Below, in pieces: positions 1 to 7,338 of a DNA stretch of 38,574 nucleotides (positions within the stretch are counted from its first letter, which is position 1; each line of letters starts with the position of its first letter). This DNA is from a virus (taxonomy: Duplodnaviria; Caudoviricetes). The stretch covers positions 1 to 38,574 of IMG/VR virus record IMGVR_UViG_3300020432_000018. One strand, written 5' to 3'. The position numbers and the translations under genes are program-made. The notes below the pieces were generated by a model. The model saw only the letters and a program-made list of their open reading frames with translations. It made no database searches and was not told where the DNA came from.

Positions 1-108
1 TGCCTTGTCATTAAACTCATAGTGACGTATAAAGGTGACAGAGCTACAATTAGTAGTAACACAAGCACACTTGTAAATGAAAGTGCTTTAATTATTGCAA
101 ATTTGATC

Positions 109-339
109 ATGTTTCAAAAGATCGCTAATGTTTTAAGTATTGTTTCTTTTATCATGGTAGCCTCCATGAGTGGTGGAGCGTACTTCGGTTACAAGTATGT
201 AACGAGTGAAAATTTTAAGTCTCAGGTAATGAAAGAAATAATGGGTAACGTATCTGGGCTGATGCCGAAGGTATTAGATAAAGGTCTACCTGACGTAACG
301 GGACCATCTATACCTACTAAATCCCTTCCAAAACTATAA
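109..339 (+). CDS. Small membrane-anchored hypothetical protein (76 aa)
   Basis: ATG at 109 is preferred over the track's GTG at 22. N-terminal hydrophobic helix IANVLSIVSFIMVASMSGGAYFGY. Conserved in the second copy. Confidence 0.75.
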   Translation: MFQKIANVLSIVSFIMVASMSGGAYFGYKYVTSENFKSQVMKEIMGNVSGLMPKVLDKGLPDVTGPSIPTKSLPKL

Positions 340-345
340 GTCTAT

Positions 346-891
346 ATGAATAATAATCTTATTATAAAAGGAGTAGCAGTAGGGCTTGGAACAGCTTTTG
401 TATCTTCTCAGTTTTATGCAATTAATTTATTAGCTACAAAACCTAACTTACCTATATTTGATTTGCCTGTAAGTAAATACTCTACATATGAGATTGAAGC
501 TGATAAAGATAGCTATAAAATAAGACACAGGATGCACGATCCAAGAATTATTGCTTCTATTGAAAGCAGCAAAAAGCCAGCAGGGTTCTTAGGTGCAAGT
601 AAGTCATATGTCACCAAAGAAAGTCAAAAGATAGCTGGTGAAAAGGATGTAACTATTGTCAATAATGGTGAGCTTACAGCAAAACAAATAGCTTGTATAA
701 AAGAAAGAGCAAAAGGAGAATCCACAGGACAACTTATTGGAACGTCAGTAGCTACAGGAACAGGTTTATCTAGTTCACTAGCTAATGTTCCTATAGTTGG
801 TTGGTTCTTATCTGGCTTTGCTACAAATCAAGCAAGAAGAGAGGGCGGTAAGATAGGAGGTAATATGGCCTCTGACTTTAACGACTGTTAA
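346..891 (+). CDS. Membrane/exported protein with C-terminal glycine-zipper-like hairpin
   Basis: N-terminal hydrophobic anchor. C-terminal GQLIGTSVATGTG...VPIVGWFLSG...GGKIGG. Two Cys, conserved in copy 2. Confidence 0.75.
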   Translation: MNNNLIIKGVAVGLGTAFVSSQFYAINLLATKPNLPIFDLPVSKYSTYEIEADKDSYKIRHRMHDPRIIASIESSKKPAGFLGASKSYVTKESQKIAGEKDVTIVNNGELTAKQIACIKERAKGESTGQLIGTSVATGTGLSSSLANVPIVGWFLSGFATNQARREGGKIGGNMASDFNDC

Positions 892-1544
892 TGCCTACGA
901 TAAAAATACCTGAGATAAAAATACCAAAAATAAATATACCAGAAACGCCATATGTACCTGAGACTGTATTGGTAGGCGAAAACCCTGCTTGTGATTTAAC
1001 TAATAGAGATATAGAACTATCAGAAAATCCAACTATAATTTTTCATGGCAGAAAGGCTTATGCTACTTGTCCTAATGGTCAGGCGATTGCTGGTACACAA
1101 CCAATTAAAGTTCAACCAGAGGCTAAAACATTTAGACCCATTGTTTACGATGCACAGGATACTATAGAGACAGAAGGTACATATAATTTTCAACCGAAAG
1201 CAAGTGGAGTAAATATTAATTTAGGACAGAAAGAAGAAGAGGAAGAGATTGAGTTAGTACCTTGTCCACCAAAAAATGCACCATACAGACCTGGCGATTG
1301 GAGAAATGAGCTTAGATTAGAAAGGCTGGTAAAATATGAACGTGGGCTATTGGAGGGTTCTTGTGACGCAATCTGGGAAGAAGTACCGTTTGTTGACCAG
1401 TACATACCGACAGCTAGTGTTGTTGTATCTACTGCTGTTATCGCTTCTGTTGCTGCCACTACTCCACTACTACTTAATATTGTCAAGCCCTTAGTAAAAA
1501 ATATTATAAAGAAGTTTACAAAAAAGAAAGAAAAGGTAGAATAA
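891..1544 (+). CDS. Hypothetical protein with C-terminal membrane anchor
   Basis: Coupled by TAATG to the upstream gene. N-terminal IKIPE repeats, four Cys, C-terminal hydrophobic stretch followed by a Lys-rich tail. Confidence 0.75.
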   Translation: MPTIKIPEIKIPKINIPETPYVPETVLVGENPACDLTNRDIELSENPTIIFHGRKAYATCPNGQAIAGTQPIKVQPEAKTFRPIVYDAQDTIETEGTYNFQPKASGVNINLGQKEEEEEIELVPCPPKNAPYRPGDWRNELRLERLVKYERGLLEGSCDAIWEEVPFVDQYIPTASVVVSTAVIASVAATTPLLLNIVKPLVKNIIKKFTKKKEKVE

Positions 1545-1550
1545 GTATCC

Positions 1551-1582
1551 GTAGACGAGTGAGATACCCGTAGCTTGTCTAC
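1551..1582. terminator. Hairpin between convergent genes (possible terminator or small RNA)
   Basis: GTAGACGAG (1551-1559) pairs with CTTGTCTAC (1574-1582) with one G-U, followed by TTTAATTT. Confidence 0.45.
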
Positions 1583-2346
1583 TTTAATTTATGAGTATGT
1601 GGAATAACTTGATTTGGAACGCTGGTCAGTACAACATTTCTACAACTAACAGCATCATCTCCTACAAACTTAACACCCAACTTAAGTTGCTCGGCACATA
1701 TTTTTAAACGGTTAAGATTGACTTCTAGCTTTTTAGCATCAAGCATAAACTCCTGATACTTTCTATAAGTTTGGGCTGCCTTTATGCACTCATCATCAAA
1801 TCGTTTTCCCAATGGAATTTGAATACTAATAGTCGCCCCATATGAAAAGTTATGGTTTATCTGATCTAATCTTTCTTGCTCTGCTATGTAAAGTATTTCA
1901 CCAGGATTTGTTAGCTGACCAGTCTCACTATCTTTTGCTTGGTTATATATATTTGTTCTTTGTATAGTGCTTCTTGGAGTGTTATAGTATTCTCCTTTTG
2001 TTATGAAAGGATTAAAACTAAGAGTAGGTGTTTGGCATTGAATACCATTGCTATATCTATGTGTAGGGAAAGATCCGCTTATACTTTGAAATCCTTGATT
2101 TACAATCGTGGACTGTGTACTGGACTGAGGATTACTTATAGTTGTCTCGGCATAAACAGGACTAGCAAATAAAAGCCCTATTGAAATAAGGTTGTAGAAG
2201 TTTGTGTTGTTTCTATTGTTTGTGTTCGATTTATTATGCTTACTGCGTCTAAACCAGGAGCCATAAAGTTTTCCGTTAGAGAAAAGGCATCTCCTTCGCT
2301 CACGATCTCCCACTGTGGTTTGCTTGTTAAGTTTGGTGTTATCCAT
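1579..2346 (-). CDS. Exported protein with amphipathic beta-strands and C-terminal helices; start uncertain
   Basis: Signal-peptide-like LISIGLLFASPVYA|E, alternating strand NFSYGATISIQIPL, four Cys in the mature part. Confidence 0.7.
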   Translation of the reverse strand: MDNTKLNKQTTVGDRERRRCLFSNGKLYGSWFRRSKHNKSNTNNRNNTNFYNLISIGLLFASPVYAETTISNPQSSTQSTIVNQGFQSISGSFPTHRYSNGIQCQTPTLSFNPFITKGEYYNTPRSTIQRTNIYNQAKDSETGQLTNPGEILYIAEQERLDQINHNFSYGATISIQIPLGKRFDDECIKAAQTYRKYQEFMLDAKKLEVNLNRLKICAEQLKLGVKFVGDDAVSCRNVVLTSVPNQVIPHTHKLK

Positions 2347-2609
2347 TCAAAATTAACTGCACCTGCATTACCTGTATTCTGACTTGTTGTGTAAGTGGCT
2401 TCAGGAGAGATAACAGTACCATCTTTGATTTTGATATTAGATCCTGTAACTGAGTATGCATAACCTGAGTTATAGTTTTCAGTAATAATAACTTCATCTA
2501 TTTTTGAAATACTCCTTGAATTGCTTTGAATTTGGTTCGCGCCAAATCTAGGAGTTTCAGCAAAAGCATTAGGACTAAAAACAACAAGTAAACAAAGCCA
2601 CCATTTCAT
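2178..2609 (-). CDS. Secreted Ser/Thr-rich beta protein (paralog of 2609-3130)
   Basis: Sec signal MKWWLCLLVVFSPNAFA|E. Shares YSVTGSNI and GDAFSLTE motifs with its neighbour. Confidence 0.8.
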   Translation of the reverse strand: MKWWLCLLVVFSPNAFAETPRFGANQIQSNSRSISKIDEVIITENYNSGYAYSVTGSNIKIKDGTVISPEATYTTSQNTGNAGAVNFEWITPNLTSKPQWEIVSEGDAFSLTENFMAPGLDAVSIINRTQTIETTQTSTTLFQ

Positions 2610-3130
2610 TAATCGAGGCCAAGTGTAATAGTTGATTGGAGCGTTGCAGTTGTACCAGCACCCATATCAGCAAGGTTAACTGTGAGACCTTGTCCAGAAT
2701 CAAGTGTAATAGCTACAGAACCAGGATCACCACCCGATACAACCGTATAGGAGCCTAAAAGAGGCAACTGAGCGATACCATTTTGAACCGTGCTTGCAGT
2801 AGTACTCGTACTGTCTCCTTGCAAATAGGTTTCACTGACTGAAAAAGCATCACCAGAATTTACTACCGAGAAGCTAGTGTCATAGTCAACAGTAGGAACA
2901 CCGTTAGTGATGCCATTATCTGCTAAATCAAGACTACCTATTGCATTAGCCACAGTGTTTGCCTTTGGCTGTATGTTTGTACCAGAAACACTTATAGACG
3001 ATGCAATTCTTTCTGAAGTAGCACTAGCACCCAAAGTAGATACTGAGGCTACTGATTGGATTGAATGTGTTACGTCTGCAAAACTAGCTGTTGGAAATGC
3101 TAGTAAAATCAAAGGAAGAAATTTTTTCAT
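2609..3130 (-). CDS. Secreted Ser/Thr/Gly-rich beta protein
   Basis: Sec signal MKKFLPLILLAFPTASFA|D. Motifs ISVSGTNI and GDAFSVSE. Confidence 0.8.
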   Translation of the reverse strand: MKKFLPLILLAFPTASFADVTHSIQSVASVSTLGASATSERIASSISVSGTNIQPKANTVANAIGSLDLADNGITNGVPTVDYDTSFSVVNSGDAFSVSETYLQGDSTSTTASTVQNGIAQLPLLGSYTVVSGGDPGSVAITLDSGQGLTVNLADMGAGTTATLQSTITLGLD

Positions 3131-3531
3131 TTTTTGGGTGATGGGGGATCTACGATTTCTGCACCAATAATTTTTATCGGTGTCTCAATTCTAACTGTCT
3201 GATAACCACCAGACTGTGACGCTAGTAACGCTTCCACTTCTTTTTTGTTTAGAGGCTTGTCCTCTGGTTTAAATGTACCATCTCCACGCTTCTTTGCACC
3301 CTCTAGGCCAAACGAGGCTAAGGCTCCAGTTAACAGAGAAGCTGGAAATGTAATGTCCTTGGGTTCGTTACTGTAACCCGGAAGTGAGATGTAGTTAAGC
3401 GATACTATGAAACCACTCCAAGCAACAACAGTAAGCCTTACTACGACTGAGATAAACGCTAGTTGTTCTTCTTTGTCCGTGATGTTTTCCTTCAGTTTTT
3501 GAAGTGGACTTTTTTTCTCCTGTTCTGCCAT
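3127..3531 (-). CDS. Two-TM inner-membrane protein (holin-like topology, function unproven)
   Basis: Hydrophobic segments LAFISVVVRLTVVAWSGFIVSLNYI and ITFPASLLTGALASFGL, with charged termini. 4-nt overlap with the next gene. Confidence 0.7.
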   Translation of the reverse strand: MAEQEKKSPLQKLKENITDKEEQLAFISVVVRLTVVAWSGFIVSLNYISLPGYSNEPKDITFPASLLTGALASFGLEGAKKRGDGTFKPEDKPLNKKEVEALLASQSGGYQTVRIETPIKIIGAEIVDPPSPKK

Positions 3532-3545
3532 AGAAGCGTAGTATC

Positions 3546-3574
3546 TTGTCTAATACTAGCATTTTCGTTATGTT
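3546..3574. promoter_or_regulatory. Overlapping divergent sigma70-type promoters
   Basis: Plus strand: TTGTCT (3546-3551), 17 bp, TATGTT (3569-3574). Minus strand: extended -10 TG-C-TAGTAT (3561-3553). Confidence 0.45.
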
Positions 3575-3596
3575 TGAAAAGTAACACAAGATTATT

Positions 3597-3761
3597 ATGC
3601 TTAAAATTTTAAAACCAATACTACTAAAATTTTTTACTACGACTGCTGTAAAAAGATTAGTGATAGATCTTCTTAGAGCTATCTGCAAACAAACCACAAA
3701 TACATTAGATGATCGCTCTGTTGATATGCTAGAGCAACAACTATTCCCAAAACTTAATTAA
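3597..3761 (+). CDS. Small amphipathic hypothetical protein (54 aa; not in ORF track)
   Basis: MLKILKPILLKFFTTTAVKRLVIDLLRAICKQTTNTLDDRSVDMLEQQLFPKLN. It fills the gap and stops just before the next ATG at 3763. Confidence 0.7.
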   Translation: MLKILKPILLKFFTTTAVKRLVIDLLRAICKQTTNTLDDRSVDMLEQQLFPKLN

Positions 3762-3762
3762 A

Positions 3763-4071
3763 ATGAATCACAAAGAATTTTTTAAGATACTCGTTGGTAA
3801 TCCACCACCAGAAGTAGAGTTTGAAATCTTAGTTAAACAACGTGAAACAGAGCAAATGCCTGATGAAGCTGTAAAAGCATACTGTTTAGACTTAATAAAG
3901 TACACCAAGCTACAAGATTTGCTTTTAACTTCAGCAATAATGCGTATATCAGAAATAGAAACCAAACTATACAAGTATGAAAAAGGTATGAAACTATATA
4001 AAAAAGTAAGAAAACTAGGGTTTATAGGTAAAATAAGGTATCTTCTGTTTGGCAAAACAGATAAGAGATGA
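3763..4071 (+). CDS. Hypothetical protein
   Basis: 102-aa ORF in operon context with no recognisable motif. Confidence 0.7.
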   Translation: MNHKEFFKILVGNPPPEVEFEILVKQRETEQMPDEAVKAYCLDLIKYTKLQDLLLTSAIMRISEIETKLYKYEKGMKLYKKVRKLGFIGKIRYLLFGKTDKR

Positions 4072-4099
4072 TTATATTAATTAAAAAACAAGACTAATC

Positions 4100-4321
4100 A
4101 TGGATAAAAATTTTAAAATCCTAGAAAAGTTACATCTACTTCTAGCAAAAGAACTGACAGATAAGATTACAAGTGGCGAAGCAAAAGCAGGGGATCTAAA
4201 CGTAGCTAGACAGTTTCTAAAAGATAACGGTGTTGAGTGCTTACCTGTAGAGAAAAACCCAATGCAAGAACTTATGGAGAACTTACCAGACCTAGATGCT
4301 GTACCTTTAGCTGATTTATAA
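4100..4321 (+). CDS. Terminase small subunit (T7 gp18-like)
   Basis: LHLLLAKEL...GDLNVARQFLKDNGV pattern, directly upstream of the large terminase. Confidence 0.8.
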   Translation: MDKNFKILEKLHLLLAKELTDKITSGEAKAGDLNVARQFLKDNGVECLPVEKNPMQELMENLPDLDAVPLADL

Positions 4322-6043
4322 TTGCAACCCTTACCAAAAAAACTACAAGACTTTAGATATTTCTTAATTGTTACTTGGAGACATCTAAACCTACCAGACC
4401 CTACACCTGTTCAGTTAGACATAGCTGAATATCTACAATATGGTGCAAGACGCAAAATCATACAGGGATTTCGTGGTGTAGGTAAAAGTTGGATTACATC
4501 TACCTATGTAGTGTGGAGACTTCGTATGAATCCACAACTAAAATTCTTGGTTGTATCTGCCAGTAAAGATAGAGCCGATAACTTTACTACATTTACCATG
4601 CGTCTTATCAATGAGATGCCAATACTTGCTGATTTGATACCTAGAGATGACCAAAGAAACAGTAAGGTTAGTTTTGATGTAAAACCTGCACAAGCCGATC
4701 ATGCCCCCTCATGCTCTTCTAGAGGTGTCTTAGGGCAAATGTCAGGAGCTAGGGCAGATGAAGTTATTGCTGATGACGTAGAAGTTCCTAACAACTCCTA
4801 CACACAGCCCATGAGAGACAAACTTAGTGAAGCTGTAAAAGAATTTGAAGCGATATTAAAACCAAATGGAAAGATTACCTTTCTTGGTACACCACAAGTA
4901 GAAAATTCTGTGTACCTAACACTAGAAGAAAGAGGATATGAAACAAGAATATGGACAGCTAGATACCCAGAACTAAAAAACAACTACGGAGATAGACTTG
5001 CTCCTAAAATTCAAAAAGAACTTCTAGAAGGGACTGTAAGACCTAAAGATCCTGTAGACCCTATAAGGTTCTCTGCACAAGATTTGATGGAACGTGAAGC
5101 TTCCTATGGGCGTTCTGGCTTTAATCTACAATTCCAACTGGATACAACCCTTTCAGATCAAGATAGATACCCTTTAAAAATAAACGACCTAGTAATCGCT
5201 TCTATAAATAAAGAATTTGCACCAGAAAAAATTATTTGGTCTAATAATCCCGAATATGTCATCACCGATCTGCAATGTGTAGGCTTTAATGGCGATAGAT
5301 TTTACCGACCAGCCCAAGAATTTGGAGACTTTATAGAATATACAGGGTCAGTTATGTTTGTTGACCCCTCTGGTAAAGGTAAAGATCAGACCGCTATAAG
5401 CTGCGTTAAGATGCTTAATGGTAATTTATACGTCACAGAGTGTTTAGGACTTTCAGGAGGCTACTCAGATGCCGTTCTAGAGAAGATTAGTAAGATTGCT
5501 AGAGACAATAACATAAATCAAATACTCGTTGAACAAAACTTCGGTGGTGGTATGTTCGCTGAACTGTTAAAACCCTTCCTTATGAGGTTCCACCCTTGCC
5601 AAGTTGAAGACGTTAGAAACAATAAGACTAAAGAACTACGCATAATCGACACCTTAGAACCTGTAATGAACTCTCACAGGCTCATAATTGATCGCAAAGT
5701 GATAGAAAAAGACTTCCGTTCTAACCCTCAAGAAACACCAGAACGTAGACTTAAACTCCAACTCGTCTATCAACTATCACGAATATCCAGACACAGAGGT
5801 TCCCTAGTACATGATGACCTCGTTGACTCCCTTGCAGGTGCTGTTGCTTATTGGACAGACTACATGGCTCAAACTGAAGACATAAATATCTCTAAAAGAA
5901 AAGAAGAATTACTTTCTATTCACACAGATAACTGGAATGATTTATTAAATAACACTATCTCTCAAGCTGCTATGGGTATGTCCCCTCAACAGATAAGAAA
6001 TTCTAATGTATCTACCGATGGTTTCATAAGTGGAGCTTATTAG
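4322..6043 (+). CDS. Terminase large subunit (T7 gp19-like), TTG start
   Basis: Walker A GFRGVGKS, GARADEVIADDVE, RNase H-like nuclease DPSGKGKD...HDDLVDSLA. Confidence 0.97.
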   Translation: MQPLPKKLQDFRYFLIVTWRHLNLPDPTPVQLDIAEYLQYGARRKIIQGFRGVGKSWITSTYVVWRLRMNPQLKFLVVSASKDRADNFTTFTMRLINEMPILADLIPRDDQRNSKVSFDVKPAQADHAPSCSSRGVLGQMSGARADEVIADDVEVPNNSYTQPMRDKLSEAVKEFEAILKPNGKITFLGTPQVENSVYLTLEERGYETRIWTARYPELKNNYGDRLAPKIQKELLEGTVRPKDPVDPIRFSAQDLMEREASYGRSGFNLQFQLDTTLSDQDRYPLKINDLVIASINKEFAPEKIIWSNNPEYVITDLQCVGFNGDRFYRPAQEFGDFIEYTGSVMFVDPSGKGKDQTAISCVKMLNGNLYVTECLGLSGGYSDAVLEKISKIARDNNINQILVEQNFGGGMFAELLKPFLMRFHPCQVEDVRNNKTKELRIIDTLEPVMNSHRLIIDRKVIEKDFRSNPQETPERRLKLQLVYQLSRISRHRGSLVHDDLVDSLAGAVAYWTDYMAQTEDINISKRKEELLSIHTDNWNDLLNNTISQAAMGMSPQQIRNSNVSTDGFISGAY

Positions 6044-6059
6044 GGACCACTATAGGAGA
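6038..6059 (+). promoter_or_regulatory. Phage RNA polymerase promoter (phiOR-like position)
   Basis: TATTAGGGACCACTATA|GGAGA matches the layout of T7/K11/SP6-class promoters (17 nt ending CACTATA, +1 G at 6055). Confidence 0.7.
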
Positions 6060-6062
6060 AAG

Positions 6063-6111
6063 ACTAAAGAACACACTAAGATTACACTAAGGATTTCACT
6101 AAGTGAGCTAA
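6063..6111 (+). repeat. Short-repeat array near the presumed genome end
   Basis: ACTAAAG, CACTAAG x3 and GCTAA at an 11-12 bp period. Resembles the CCTAAAG arrays beside the T7 terminal repeat. Confidence 0.6.
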
Positions 6112-6483
6112 TCTTGATTTGCTGCTGCATGGTTCCTTACCAAAAAAAATTAGGAACAAAAATTTGAAGGGGTTTACGTATATGTCGATTGCAAATTTTA
6201 CCCGTAGCCCTCGCAAAAATCCACAAAAAAAGTAGCCTAGCAAGCAAAAACATTAATATAACTAGGGTTTTATAATATATCTTATATTATTTAGGGCGTA
6301 TTAGGTCAAATTTTTAGGTTGACTATGTATATTTCTAAGTAATCGATAAGGGGGGTATTGTTACAGAATGTAAACATAAATATTCGTAGTGATACTAAGG
6401 GAAATCAATAGAAGGTAGTCAGTAGTAGTTGCAAAGCTAAGGGATATATGTAACCATTGAGTTAATCGGATTCAAACCGATTC

Positions 6484-6510
6484 AATCAAACCAATCAAAC
6501 CAATCAAACC
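6484..6510 (+). repeat. Tandem repeat (AATCAAACC)x3 abutting the first early ATG
   Basis: Read directly. Preceded by hairpin AATCGG-attcaaa-CCGATT (6464-6482). Confidence 0.85.
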
Positions 6511-6894
6511 ATGAACCAACTAAAACAAGATGTAGCATCTTATATGATCTCAGGATTAGAAGATGAGACAGGCTTAAATATGGATGTATCAGATTTACAC
6601 CATTATTTACTTAATCAAGACTATTTTATTATTGGAACTTACAAAGCTAAGAAATGGTTAGGCTCTGAAGTCTTTGACGTTATCGAAACAATCAGAGAAT
6701 ATGAGCAATCAAACTTTGGTGAAGTATCGACCGACTTTTCCAACCCTGAGAAAGTAGCCAATATGTATGCTTATATCTTGGGTGAAGAAATACTATCTGA
6801 ATCTGAAGTCTATCAACAATTAGCAATTGAAGATGACATACTTGACGAAGATGACCTTAAGAACTTAATTGAAGATCTAACAGAATCTTTCTAG
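6511..6894 (+). CDS. Acidic early protein, candidate Ocr-like DNA mimic
   Basis: About 29 D/E versus about 7 K/R in 127 aa. First gene after the presumed end, the position of T7 gene 0.3. Confidence 0.55.
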   Translation: MNQLKQDVASYMISGLEDETGLNMDVSDLHHYLLNQDYFIIGTYKAKKWLGSEVFDVIETIREYEQSNFGEVSTDFSNPEKVANMYAYILGEEILSESEVYQQLAIEDDILDEDDLKNLIEDLTESF

Positions 6895-6963
6895 GTGGGC
6901 TTCTATGCCTACCTTGAAAGGCTCATAAACCTTTCACTTGTAAACCTTACATTTAGAACCACA

Positions 6964-7338
6964 ATGACTAAAACAATTGAATTAAAACTTACTGACAATC
7001 AATATGATTTGTTATGTAGGATTGCAACAGCAGACAAAAGACGTTTAGAAGATCTTTGTTACTTACTTTTTGGTGAAGGAATTAAGTTTTTTTATAGTGA
7101 GACTTCTATTGTTATAAAGAAAAAACCTAACGAGTACACCAAAGAAGAGAAAAAACAATTAGTTAAAAATGAAGAGCTTGAAAAGACAAAAGGATTTGAT
7201 TCTCTTTCTTACGTTGAGAAACAAGCACAAGGTTATGAACACGTATGTCTTTACATGAGTAGCTTTGCTGAAGGTGACACTTTTCTTGACAAGTTAGCTG
7301 AAGATATAACAAACAACGCTACTAAAACTCATGTCTAG
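6964..7338 (+). CDS. Early protein with possible N-terminal ribbon-helix-helix
   Basis: ATG at 6964 preferred. MTKTIELKLTDNQYDLLCRIATADKRRLEDL fits a beta-alpha-alpha pattern. Confidence 0.55.
   Translation: MTKTIELKLTDNQYDLLCRIATADKRRLEDLCYLLFGEGIKFFYSETSIVIKKKPNEYTKEEKKQLVKNEELEKTKGFDSLSYVEKQAQGYEHVCLYMSSFAEGDTFLDKLAEDITNNATKTHV

Larger units (their letters stand above)
1..928. repeat. Diverged direct repeat, copy 1 (matches 37638-38574)
   Basis: The first 77 nt are identical to 37638-37714. After that there are many mostly synonymous substitutions and a 9-nt indel. Both copies carry the same ORFs. Confidence 0.95.
6044..6510. other. Non-coding junction, presumed physical genome ends and early promoter region
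   Basis: The only long ORF-free gap. It lies between terminase and the early genes, as in T7-like genomes. Confidence 0.7.

Noticed and set aside
22-108. N-terminal extensions of the ORFs at 22 and 37629
   Set aside because: GTG starts add a polar segment that overlaps a more convincing minus-strand TM micro-gene; ATG 109 and 37746 fit better.
6893-6960. Possible tRNA-Met-derived attP
   Set aside because: Only the loop matches; no tRNA 3' half (T-arm, acceptor stem) follows to restore a host gene.
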